Positions 24,358 through 37,422 are shown, counted from the first letter of the stretch. The stretch is 64,000 nucleotides of DNA from Trichoplax adhaerens (GCF_000150275.1 NW_002060959.1:46237-110236); one strand, 5' to 3'. The notes: a model not told the origin generated them from the sequence alone. Program-made: numbers and translations.

Positions 24358-27300
24358 TCAACTAGCTATACCTGGCAACATTGTCCACCCATGGACAGAT
24401 CCACATTCGTAAATTTCATCACAATTGCAATATAACAGCTGTGAGCTGCTCTGGACTGGACTATTCACATCAACAAATGTATTGCAATTTGCACACTTTA
24501 TAAAATATAAACAATCTGAATTTTTGCATCTTGGCATCCGTTCCTTAATCAGTGATGATAATTTATTTCGAATAAATATATATGGTGGTTTTTCATTTAT
24601 AAGTTTTTTTACTTTATCTTCTATCTGTCGTTGTAGGCTAGGTTTATTTGACATCATTCGATAGCGATACTTGATACCAATCCAGGAACTTTCTTTTTTA
24701 ACAATAATATCACAACAATATTCTTTCAGACGATATTTTGCACACTTGTAACGTGGCTCAATCTCTGAACTTTGCCATTCTTTATAACAAGATACAAGTA
24801 AACAAAATAATATGCCATCTGGAATATAAGGCATTTGTGGTGGCTTAAATCCTATGTACAGCCATCCCGATGTTTTATATCCTTTGTCATCAAATTCCTG
24901 GCTATTTGAACGAAATAAATAGGGCACGAAATACTGATCAGGACAATTGTCATTTTCATTACTGATCTTGCAAATAATGTCGTACGATTCCATTAAATCC
25001 AACAGAAATTTTCTGTCCTTTTCTTCTACTTCGAGCTTGTCAAATTGGTCATTAATATAGCGTGATGACATAATTCCTGAATCTCGAGCAGCTTCATATT
25101 CTGCGTTTATTCTTAATCCTTTACAAACAGGTTCATCTAACTGAATAATTGTACGGAATATGTTTAATAGCCATTCAACTTGTGTAATAACTTTTCCTTT
25201 AGCAGATTCTTTTTGGCAATAAACAATTTCTCCTAGATCATGCAGATAGAGTAGCATTTGGTGAATATCTTCACTTCCATCGCATAATTGATACTCTTTC
25301 GCTAATTGTTCGATTTCTTCAGCTGCCATAATTCTACTAATTTTTTGATTCAACTTTGTAGAAAATTTTGCCGCTTGTTCGTTAAATCGATCCAAAGAAG
25401 TATGCAGTATAGCTGCCATAATATACCATTTGAATGGAATTTGAGAGAAGTGATCGATAGAAGGTTGATGATTAACAAAATCTCTCATGATATTATGCAA
25501 TTGCCCACAATTTTTTTGACGTTGCAATCGCACTTCTTCGCCATTATCTTCGTCATTACAGTTAAATATTATTTTAGAACCATATATATGATCAGAATAA
25601 GAAGGAAGCTTATTATGAATACATCTACTAAATTTCGAAAATCTTTGCTGACAGGCATTGTTATCACCTATTTTATCAGCATGCGTTCCGACTAAAATAA
25701 CTATAGGCCACGCGATATTTTCTAGAGTACCATTAATTTCCGTTACAGTACGAGCATTGCTTGTGCTACTACCAATAATTGAGGCGAGCCATTCTTGTAT
25801 AGCCTCCAAATATGTCATTTCGGTATCATTGCCGTCTCGATCAACGACATATTTATCTATATCTTGAGACATATCGAGGACTAACATGTAGATACAATTG
25901 CAAGATATAAATGGCTGATGTGTTATGTGATAGATAGAATGGCCAGCAAAATCCCATAGTTTACCATAATGGCAGTCATCTATTCCGATATTTTGGTTGG
26001 ACTCATAGTGACCTCGAAAGTAATTCTCGAGAAATTCTAGAGGGATGGTCTCTTCATCTGCCGATACAGACTCAGAAAAGGTCGACTCCTCATCTTCCAG
26101 TACAGACTCAGAAAAGGTCGACTCTTCATCTGCCGATACAGACTCAGAAAAGGTCGACTCCTCATCTTCCAGTACAGACTCAGAAAAGGTCGACTCTTCA
26201 TCTGCCGATACAGACTCAGAAAAGGTCGACTCCTCATCTTCCAGTACAGACTTATAATAATCTGATAGAACTTGAGATAACTGTATTGCTTGTCGAGTAT
26301 CATAGGAGGAAAAATCTGAAAGCGATTTCTCTAATTTCATTTGGTATTTAATAGTTTCTATTGCTGTAACTACTTTTCTCGCTAGGACAGATATAAACTC
26401 ATCGACCGATTTATTATCGACGTTATATGTAAGTAATTTGATAAGTTCTTTCGTTACTACTGCCGCCGTTGTCGGTCCAATTTTACCAATCAATCCTTGC
26501 CGTGTGAAGGCTTGGATAAGACATGATTTTCCGACATTTTGAGGACCTGTTATCAGGAATCTAATGAAATCATTACGACAAGATCCCTCTTTTCTAGCTT
26601 TTGCATACGCTTCCTTATATTCTTTCTCTTGAGTGAATATAAAATTAAATGTCAAAGAATAATTAATACATTTTACCTCTAATAGATACTTCAAAAGCGT
26701 CACCAGGTATATAATTGGAAAATTACATTTTCATAAATTTCCTGACTTAGTAATATTGCTACAGTAACTATCCATGACATGGTATTGTATATAAAAAATT
26801 GCAACTCTTATCATATCTTGCAAAACTTTCATGCACGAACAACTCAACTTTAAAAGAAGAAAGTTGCACAATTAATGTCGTAGTTACCAATTACGTTCTT
26901 GATCAATGTTCCACATACTTAATAAAGAAACCTGATGTGATTTATAGTAATGTGAAAATTGTTTTCCTATAGTATAACATACCTTCTATGATCTTGGACA
27001 TCGCATTCCTTTCTTGCTTTTCCAGTTCATTTAGGCGTAGAAACGCTACAATAGTATCGCATAAAATTAATATTACAAAGAGGTTGTCGTACTTATTAAT
27101 TCTTATAACAGCTAAAACTATTTTGATGAAGATTATATAATTATAGGTCTTAATAAGCAAAGTAAATACTGTAGTAGGTACTAATCTTATTATCAGATAG
27201 GCAAGTTGATTTACTTTGCTAATACTCGTTTAAGGATGGAAGTAATATTAACATTTCGAAGTCATAGAAATAAATTAAGAGCATATTTAACATGTAACAT

Positions 27301-27808
27301 AAAACGCTCAACAAAAATATTATATTCTACTTTGTTTCAATTTTTTAAAATACTACTATTCAACAATATACTCCCACAACTATCAGTGAATCGCATTCCT
27401 AAGAGCATTCACTAATTTAGTGAATGAGTAAATCAGTTGCGTTCAACAAAGCCATCACATTAATATATGTATGTTACGTATACATAGTTCGTGTACCATG
27501 ATTATAATCGACAATAGAGAACGTATTAAAGATAAAGCAATTTGTCGTACAATAACCTTGATCTCTGTTTATTTCATCGACCATACCACTTTTACCAATG
27601 CGCAATAAAGCATCATTCAGTCGGTCAATGGTAGCGGATAAGCCGTATTTCGTATGCCATTTCTTGAGAAAAGCCATCGCTTGATGATCTTCTATTTTGT
27701 ATTTTGACTTGATAGCCTTGATGTTAATCGAAGGATCTAAGATCGCTGCTAACCTTGTCCAATCCCCTTTAATCCTGACTGCAATGTTGGAAAAGTAGAC
27801 TCTGGGGT
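24358..27808 (-). CDS. Roco-family protein: Death domain - linker - ROC GTPase - COR - Cys-rich tail; no kinase or LRR seen; 5' start unresolved. Exons 27808-27557 (DD), 27045-26983 (63 nt), ~26627-24358 (ROC-COR)
   Basis: ROC motifs G1 GPQNVGKS, G2 GPTT, G3 LWDFAG, G4 VGTHADK. COR signature LLYLHDLGEIVY...WL. C-terminal CANC...CNC..C. DD exon DPRVYFSNIAVRIKGDWTRLAAIL...FLKKWHTKYGLSATIDRLNDALLRIG. All junctions are phase 1; the last acceptor (aag) is less certain. Confidence 0.85.
26050..26252 (-). repeat. Coding minisatellite: 36-nt units alternating A/B (72-nt dimer), ~5.6 units, encoding SVLEDEESTFSE / SVSADEESTFSE
   Basis: GTCGAC recurs at 26081, 26117, 26153, 26189 and 26225. Units of the same type look identical. 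Confidence 0.97.
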
Positions 27809-28995
27809 CTATAAATAGTTATTGATAACATAATATAATCATCATATGAAACAGTCATTTCCATTAACTTTCCTATTCGTCGCAATAATGAATTAACAGA
27901 ATACTCTAACTAGTATGTCTTTTTTGAAATATATAATTAATTACATGCTTACAGCCCTCCATTCTTAGAAACTATATTAATAGATTTACAAAGTACAATT
28001 ACGGACCTCTTATGCTATCCATCTTCAGTTAAGATTAAGCTGGTTTGATTTTATACCTGAATTCAGAACATGAGTGAAAGCTAACTGCTATCATTTTAAG
28101 ACTAAGTAACAAGTAGAAAGTATAAAATGATACTGATATTAATTATTGATACCTTCAGGTGGAATTTTTTTCTCAATTATTTTCTTTTATCTGGATAGTG
28201 TAATCGGCTGATTCCTGTCGATTCTAAACTTCGTTAACTTCGACAATTGTTGAAAATCAGTAACAAGGTTACAATACTTATTTCATACTGAATCAGATGA
28301 TGAAGTAAAAAACAAGGAAATTATTATTTCAAATACCTATCTAACATTACAGTCTTCCTCTACTTAACTGCATTAATAACAAAAAAACGATAGCTATTAT
28401 AATTATCCATCATCAAATTGGTTTGAAATTCAAGATACAGTTTACAAGTACCGTGGTTTTTCTACCTTTCATCACTAGTAGATTGAGAATTAAAATTTTA
28501 CAAGACACTTTACAAGATATGTGCAAGATATCAAAAGAGCCAAATAGTTATGATCACAGATTAATGAGGAAATCACGGTACCGAAAGTAAATTGGTGTTG
28601 CTTTTTAAAAGTGTAAATGGATGAACGGTACGCTAGTTTTAGACTCCCGATAAATATTAATGTAGTAATAGCATCTAGATTATAATATGAAGAGAACCCT
28701 TCCCCTAATTCTTGAAATTACTTATTCTATAAGTGAGTTTTGTGGGGCTTAGAACTATTAGCCAATATTTATTCCATGACAGTGTAAACCTTAATATACT
28801 ATACTCTACTATTCTATATACAAAAAGTCATGGTCTACCGTCTTTCGCGCCTTCAATGTAACCGTTTTCAAGTACAAAGGAAGACTAATTGAGCAAGTAT
28901 TGATGGATTATATTATTAAGATAATCTTAAAATTTGTAAACGTAGATAGTCTAGAAGCTATTTTGATTCATTCCTATCCTACGCAACAGGTAATC

Positions 28996-29111
28996 CTTTT
29001 GAGTGCCAGACCTCATGGCTCTAGCACTCAAAAGTCTCTTTCCCTAAGGGAAATCACTGATCAAGTAGGTTAAATCGCCATTCTCCACGAGCGCGATCGT
29101 GGAGAATGGCG
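28996..29111. repeat. Cluster of three adjacent inverted repeats
   Basis: CTTTTGAGTGCCAGA/TCTAGCACTCAAAAG (28996-29034); TTTCCC-TAA-GGGAAA (29039-29053); perfect 15-bp CGCCATTCTCCACGA/TCGTGGAGAATGGCG (29076-29111). Confidence 0.9.
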
Positions 29112-29791
29112 TGTCTTGAGCCTAAGTTGGAAGTATGGAGTTGGCTGTACTGTACAAGCGTATATTAGCTTATAAGAGAATCTACAAAATACCTGCACAA
29201 TTCTAACGTATTACCACATAATGTTGCAGGATTACTCCAGAACCTGTTGAATTATGGCGATCATCTGCGCTTACCTGTAGGATATAATCCGCTACTGTTG
29301 TGTCGGTGATTTCTTGACTCGCTGATCGAGACTAATTGGAGTGGATGGCAAATGGATGTCGGTACTGATGTCCCCGGTCAGCAAAGCAAACAGGTTAATT
29401 AAGCAAAAATGAAAAAGAAAAACTCCACCAAGTCGCCAAACGTACTGGAACACGCCGGCTAATGCCAGCTCATTTGCATGTCAATCGTAAACAGTAGAGT
29501 GTACCGTTACAGACATACCATACAGTTGAAATAACTAGTAAAATCATCAGCCTGCATATTATTAGTATGGTGAAGGTAGCTAATCGTGGGCTAGCACTGC
29601 TGGAAGAGAACCTTTTCTGAAGTAGTTCTTGGTCTGGGCACCTGCAATTGGTAGCGAAACCGCCGAATTACTGGAAATCAGCGGCTGGTTTGCTCAATTT
29701 GTATTTTAATCAAGATAGAAATTATCCTTGTTGTTGTCCGTTAACTGTCCTAAAATTTCAAGATAGTTGTAATCGATATTAAACTGCGATT

Positions 29792-30164
29792 ATGGATAAA
29801 GAGCAACGTCAAGCTATCGTCGATCATTGGGATACACTAGCCGAATCGATGCCCAGTAATCATATGACAAATAGTCTAATTGCAAAAAGAATACTCTCGC
29901 CGACTGATTTACAGGGAATTAATGCCAAAGAAACTGAAAACGAAAAGAATACTACCATTTTGAATAAAATTTTAGCCTCAGTATCGCCTGATTGCTATGC
30001 CATCTTTATTGATGCTTTGAGACAGATTCCTAATAAGAACAGCCGATTAGCAGACATGATTGAAAGCCGTTTTAAGGAACAAGCTTCCGCTGATTATAGA
30101 AGCGACGCTAGTAAATCGAACAATTTATCAAGCGCTCGTAAACGACAAACAGTAGGTCAGTTAG
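29792..30164 (+). CDS. CARD domain first coding exon, copy A (donor at 30164 or alternatively 30155, both phase 1)
   Basis: MDKEQRQAIVDHWDTLAESM...LIAKRILS...I.AKETENEKN..IL.KIL..VSPDCYAIFIDALRQ...LADMIE fits the CARD pattern. Donors G|gtcagt and G|gtaagg. Confidence 0.85.
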
Positions 30165-31212
30165 GTAAGGAAATGGAGCTGCAATGGCTGTTCTTCTCAT
30201 TGTAAAGCGATTAAATTACTCAATTAGAGTGTTCATATGAAAGTATAACTTATAAAAATTCGAGCCTAGTCTCATTGCAGGACTAGTTACTATAGATAAG
30301 TAGATTAGAACCAGCGCTATTAAAATTGAACATTTCTTAACATCGAACTTAATTTTGGGGTTATACCGTAACCATGGACTACCATTTGTGCATATACACT
30401 GTTCTATTTCTTTGACTTACCGGCATCCATTAGGTATAAAATTGATTGATTTCATCGATAAAGATAGTGGTAGTAGGCATTATAACCTGTAATTAACGAT
30501 TATGAAACAACTGCAATATTTTAAATTAGTTTTAAGGAACAATTTTCGCTTTTCGCTGTATTTACAATCATCAGCACTCTAAATTGGCGAATAGATCGCG
30601 TTGAACTTAAGATTCGTAATTCTGCTACGGTTTCAATATAATTTGTTAGTTACTCGGGTAAATGGCACCGTGCATGCAGTAAATATGACTGATCTTTCTA
30701 GCTATCCCTAACATACTGTACGGATACGTTAACATTGGGCTATAGTTACTACCTATTTCCGCTAATTAGATTAAAACTCTGCTATAGCTTTAGTAATCAA
30801 TTGACTTGGAAAAATAATGTAATCGAGTGCTGCTATCAATTTTAAAACTTTAAAACATGTATCAGAAGCATAAGTTTACATCAAATAGATTTTGCGCTAT
30901 TTTTGTTTATCATTACCTCTTAATAAGTATGAAAATTCCTAGCGCTTGCGCGAGTAACAGGAAATTAATCATAAATGAATAAGATTATCCTCAAACAATT
31001 ACGCACCCCCGACTACCCACACCTATAGTATAACGCGCTTATCTTAAATACGATCGCAAGTAAGCGCATATATTTCAAAATAATACAGCTCTACAGCACC
31101 AACACCGATAAAATCGGGCTATATTAGCTCAGAAATGATTTTAGTTTTCTTTCGTATGCATTCAATGTGCCTTCATACCGCTGAATTAATGAACTTGGGT
31201 TTATTTTACAAG

Positions 31213-31275
31213 AATCTGAAACTAGTCGACAGGAAGGAACAGCAATGCAAAACGATATGGATCCAATACGAGATG
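31213..31275 (+). CDS. 63-nt linker micro-exon (ESETSRQEGTAMQNDMDPIRD), phase 1-1
   Basis: ttacaag| acceptor and G|gtaagt donor; conserved at 39881 and 60924. Confidence 0.75.
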
Positions 31276-33385
31276 GTAAGTTAGTAATGGTCGTCTATTC
31301 ATCGTAATTAGTTTTCTTGCATACTTATACGATTTGGTTATGCCACTTACTGACGTAAGACTAAAATTTGTGTGGTAGTCTAATATTAGCTTAGACGACA
31401 TGAAAATAAATAAATCAATTAAGCTTATAGATTGTATTGTTTGATCGAAGTAACTAATGAATTAACTATTTGATTGAGTAAATTTAGAAAATAGACCGGT
31501 AACTAATTTTATAGAGGAAGTATTTAGCATTACAGCTTTTACCAAACTAATCTGCTAATAATGCTACCTTTACTGTAGTTAAACATTAAGTTGCTTTTCT
31601 GGAAGTTAAACAGATTATATTGCTGATTTTCTAGCAATTATGATACTATGTAATAGTAAAATCAGCTGACGGATGAAGAAAAAATTTTCGATAACATTAG
31701 GAAAGGAGAACTAAGAACGATAATAACAGCGATTGTAGCCGCTTAAATACGTTACCTAACTTGTTTATAACTTGAAGATTGCAAAGAACATCACTAAACA
31801 CCTACAGAACTTAATACGAGAGAAAAATTCTATGATTAGTATTACCTATTACAAGCTGAAATTTATATACTTGAATCATTACAAGCATCACTTTAACTTA
31901 TATAATCTATTATAAATATTGTCAATAGTCCTAAACTTCGGTATTATTTTTAAGTCATATCTAATTTACTTCTACTTAAGATGTTGACAACAATAACTTA
32001 TCTAACATCTCCAATTCACGTTAACTCTACAGTAGATATCGCAGTGCTTAAAGAGTATGGTGTGATTTAAGTATGATTCTATACATGTGTCGGTAATACA
32101 GTTTCGCATGTAATGGCCCAAATACGATACTTAGGAAAGTATATAAATTATAATTATTAGTATTACTAATTGTAAGATACATACTGTACTCGTACATATC
32201 AAAACTGCACTGTATAAGAGAGCTTACAATTTACAAGGCGATCTCAGGTTTGTTGCAAGTGATCGTCCAAAGTCTTAACTTCTTGCAACAACTCCCACAT
32301 CATGTTGCAATTTTATTGTAATCTCATAAGTACTAAATATAGGAATCTGTCATACGAAACGTTACAAATCTAACCAACTAAGTAACTATGGAAGGCATTA
32401 TATCAATCCTGATCGCTCTGACGTCTTTTCTAGTTACTAGACTTTAAGAAAAACTGAAAATTAATCTTGAAACATTATCAAACATTTTTGTATAGTAACT
32501 AGGACAGTTTTTCGTCGATAACGTAAACAAATTATATTTCATTGCAGACGCTATACAATATAGCATTTTACATTACTGGAGTGTTGTTAATAAGCCCTTT
32601 ATAAAGGATAGCGTTTTACTACGAAATCTGAATTGTAATCTAGAAATGCTGTCTAGCTCTCTTTCCTTAGAACTCGTAGGTAATTGCTAACATTTTTTGC
32701 CTATCCACGAATTTGTGATACAAGATTTGTTGATTATGGTGTAATTAGTTCATGAAGAACTGATTAGACGTCAGAGTGTACACGATCTCAATATCTCACA
32801 CCATCTTAGTAAAAAGAACACGACCAACTTTTCTATAGCAATTTACATAAAACTTTTCTGTAGTAGACGATATGAAAACTTGTTAAAACAATAGCGATGT
32901 GTCGTTTCGACAAGGTAAATTAAAAATTAGTATCACTTTCTATGCTGTTATACTAGTATGTTGTCAATGAATTATGTTTCTACTATAATTATAACATGTT
33001 TAAGTAGGACAAAAGGCTATAATTTTATGATTATCATATTGTGTAAGAGTTACAATTATTTAGATTATTCATAATTTAGTACTTAAAGTAATCGGTAATA
33101 CGTAATTTAACATGTATATAAATACTGAATTGAATTTGACATTAACCAGTACGTATTGAATTAAATTATCAAGCTAAGAGCTTTTGTGATTGATTTATGT
33201 TTATTACATTGAAATATGATTTTTGATATTGCCTGCTATAATCATTTAAAACTTAGCCGCTACTTAATCATTACATCCTAAATTTGTAATCAATTTGATA
33301 TCACTATAAATCTATCTCTCTGATAAATATTCTCTTTGTAAGTAGCTACGTAGTAACTAAACTACCAGTTGTATCTGTTATTTAG

Positions 33386-33427
33386 GTCGAAAACCGAAAA
33401 ACTCTGAAGATATTAAAAAAGACACAG
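33386..33427 (+). CDS. 42-nt linker micro-exon (GRKPKNSEDIKKDT), phase 1-1
   Basis: tttag| acceptor and ACAG|gtaatt donor; conserved at 41833-41874. Confidence 0.65.
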
Positions 33428-36400
33428 GTAATTACAACTATAGGCACATTTTAATGCTATTATGGGTTCATCACAATTTTAAGAATATTAGTTATCCGTC
33501 TATGGTCGTTAAAATTTAATTATTATTAGGATTTGTCAAACTTTACTTAAAGTTATGTTTATGCAAGATATTTAGCTGTACAGATACTGTAACATGAAAT
33601 GAATACATTCCAGCTAGTGATTGTAACTTATAGTAATTAGGTAATAGAGTCACAACGTACATAAAACTATCACAAATTAAACTTCACTGCGTGGTGATGA
33701 CTATTATTGTATTATCAATGCAGCTTTTCACTTAGTATATAAGATCAAATCTTACCGATACATAAATTTTCATATAAGTCAAACACAATAACATTTCACT
33801 TACAAATAATCAAAGCTGAATTGACGCCTTTTGAGTAAGCATAATCGATTAATTAGTTGTTTTTAATAATTAGTGTTGCTTACAAATGTTTCCTAGATCA
33901 TTTTATGTTATTTTTCTAAAAGTAAGTCTCATAATAACATATTAAGTTACAAGGCATAAATTTACATCTAAGAGCGTCACTGCGTTGTGACACAAGTATA
34001 TGAGGAAAAGCAATCGATTAATTACTCGGTTTCTTGGTAATCTACATGCTATTTTTCATTTTTGTCTTCAGTAAGGCTCAATAATGGGTAGTGTAAAGAT
34101 CGTCTTAGATTCGTATTCCATACATGCAAATGTAATAGAACCTGTTCTACTAACTGCATATAGATCGCAAGGAATAAAAAGAATTTTATAATATCAATAG
34201 TTGGTAATTTCAGATTATTACGTACATTTTTCGTAATTTAATAAGTACAGCTTTTTTCGAAACTTGAGCTCTAAAGGGTACGATGCGCTTACTGAATAGA
34301 AATTGCTATCGTTCATTTTCCAATTAATTTATCGGGCAAAGAATTGTCTTTGCTAATATCGATATCACATTGCACAATTACGACATTTATTTAAAACGTA
34401 ATTTAATTACATTACTTCGCAGTATATGATAAATTCGATAAGATGTCATTTCTTTGCTTAACCTTTTATTTGTGAGCAGCCATTAATAATCATTAATTTA
34501 ACAATTGTGAATCTTATTCAAATCTAAAAGGGGTTGATTCTGAAGACACTCGAAAAGACACAGGTACTTCTATTTAAAGAAACAATTTGATATATTCCGG
34601 AATTCTTTGTAATTTTATTAACAATTTTTATTGAATATAACAGGCGGGATATTTTACGAATTAAAGCAATATTTGAAAAGGGTTGTTCTTTATTTTGTTC
34701 TACCATTTATAATATTAGTTAACCTAATTTATCTCTATTTACGTTACAAGTGGTAATAAAGTATCCGCAGCTAAAATTTTTTGAATCTCTAAGATGCGCA
34801 TTAAATGGTGTATATTATCTTATATGACATGAAAGTCACATTAGGAAACTTTAGTTAGGAAATAGAAAATAAGATGAAAATTGGCAGAGGTTGTGTTCAT
34901 TGTTAGGTAGTTAGACTATTATTTTTATGACTAAATCTTGATGTTTAAAGGTTACTCTTTAGACTTTTATAATGTATTGATGATAGAAATTACGTTAGAA
35001 GTGAAGTTTGATGTATTTTATAGTTAACTTGTTGGTTTTATAATGTTTTGTAAGGGAATCATAGGGTAAATTGTGTCTGATCTTTGAATGATTTTTGTTT
35101 TCTTAAATTGTGCAAAGTAGTTTTCTAAAATGGATCTTGAGAGTAATTGGTTAGTAAATGTTTAGTTTTGCATACCTGTGACAGCTCTGCGAAGCCTATA
35201 AATGATAGCGCTATTAGAAAATTTAGAAGGCGAGTAGAAGAAGATTGTTTTGAAGAACTTGTTGAATTTAAAAGGCATTCTGGGTCGAATTGTCGTAAGT
35301 TAAAACGTGCTACTTTTTGAAAGGTTGTTTGGCTGTTGACAGTTTTAAGTTTGTCACTTATTTTATTAATACTTAAAGTTAAATATTTGTAAGGTTGTTC
35401 GGTTGATACTTCTCTCCATTTTTTTTTGTGTAATAAATTGTTCGATTATTTCCCCAAGTTCTATTTGGTGTGAAAGTTTCGTCAAGTCGACCGGAGTGTA
35501 ATGAAAGTAGAATCAATGTTTGTTAAAGTTTTGTAGCTTGATCTCTACACTTTTCATTTCATTACACAGGTATATTACAAGATAATAAATGATTTATAAG
35601 CTATTGCTAGTAATATGGAATATGTGTATCAAATGACTAAACTTGATAAATTTAACAGTTACACGAGTGCATAATGATCACAATTCATTACTTACAGTAG
35701 AAATCACTGAAGTTATAATATGCTAGAATGAATCATATATTGTACTGTTGCTATGATCTTACAGATTGCATCGACATGCGACAAGTGGCTATAAAGCATC
35801 CGCAGCTAAAATTTTTAGAATCTCTAAGATGTACTTTAAATGGTGTATATTATCTTACATTGACTACAGTATTTTAAAATCGGATTTGAGACCTTTAATA
35901 AAAGATTTCTAGCATTTATCCATCCTTCATGACCATCTCCGTGTAGATTGTTACATGAAATGTTCTTTTCAGCTTAAGCCCATTCGTGATTCGTCGATCC
36001 TAACGAAACAAATTACCGCTTGTGATTCCATTCTTTAATTGCTCTTTGTGATGTGTCTACTTAAAAAATTGATTTGAAGCCAGATGTTTGTGAAAGTAAT
36101 AATATCGAATCGTCTTATAAGCAAGCCGTGTATCCTTTACATAAATGGGATGAAAATTAAAAAAAATAAAGGTCCAGTGTAGCTTTAGCTATTTCCTGTT
36201 GACAGTTTCAAATAGAACTATAAATATGCTTGAAAATGGATGCAATTAAACGGTAATAAATTGTGAGCAATTTAATCCAATCTTTTACCAAGAAGGCACT
36301 CGATGCAGTAAACTACGGATATTGGCGATAAATAAATTCCGAAATTATTCAAATATGTCAGAAAGCTGATCATAAAAGCTTAAAGATAAGCTTATAATTA

Positions 36401-37422
36401 TATAATCAATGATCGTATTTTCACTCTTCCATATGATTGTTGCAATAACTATAACGAGATTATTTCTGCTATTTAAGTGATCCTGCAAGCAATGTTTTGT
36501 TGGTGATTTGAAAAGTATCGTAGCTCCAGCATTACTGGAAGGTGTTGGCCATTGCCTTGCTATGGAGCTACATATTTCCATATTTCGTAGAGTCTACGCC
36601 ACGATCACATGATTGAATTTATATTACCTAGGTTAAGGTTCTAATGATTTGAGATACTTGATGGAATAGTTTACCAATCGTAGGGTAGGACTACAGTACT
36701 TTAACAGAACCTTTCCTTGAGTAGTCCTAGGTCTGGACAAGGACTACTAAAAAGAAAGAGACGAGACAGGAAACGACCACGTAGTAAAATAATGTGGAGA
36801 CTTATCATTTTTTTCGTCATTATACTATACGCTACCGATGAAGCCGTATACCATAGTGTAGTAGTTTCAGCTATTTACAGTAGTAATTGAAGTAAGGTAG
36901 TATTAATAAGTAGAATAGTCTACTATACTTATACTCTTGTGTCGCGTTATTAGAGATTTGTTAAATTTCAATGTCTCAAATTTTTGAGTTCGACGACTGC
37001 AAACCTAAGGGGTTGTAAAACTTAAGCACTACATATAGTGAACAAAACCAACTTAGCAGGCTAATAGCTGCTAATTTGCATACCAATCGCAGACAATATA
37101 GTGTAACGCTACACACGTGCGATACACTTAAAATAACTATTAAAATAATGTCCCATCTCTTTCTTTTAATAGTCTTAAGTCTGGGCCAGGGTTCAACATT
37201 CGGTTCGATTCGCCTAATTCGACATTCAGTACTATTCGATCCGATTCGAGAGTTTGCACACAGTCTAGGTCCCTGATTTCGGTATCGAAACGGCCGAGTA
37301 ACAGGAAATCATCGGCTGATTTGCTCAATTTGTATTTTAATCAAGATAGAAATTATCCTTGTTGTTGTCCGTTAATTGTTCTAAAATCTCAAGACAGTTG
37401 TAATCGATATTAAACTGCGATT

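Noticed and set aside
26050-26252. 36-nt periodic repeat resembling a CRISPR array
   Set aside because: There are no unique spacers (only two alternating variants), it is in frame within a eukaryotic ORF, and no cas genes are present.
26037-26303. Ser-rich plus-strand ORF 26045-26257 and alternate-frame ORF 26037-26303
   Set aside because: Both are shadows of the stop-free minisatellite in the Roco exon.
28152-28225. Possible further Roco exon (…IIEKKIPPE|gtatc)
   Set aside because: The donor looks plausible, but the frames from the obvious acceptors hit TAA, so I could not build a valid exon or start codon.
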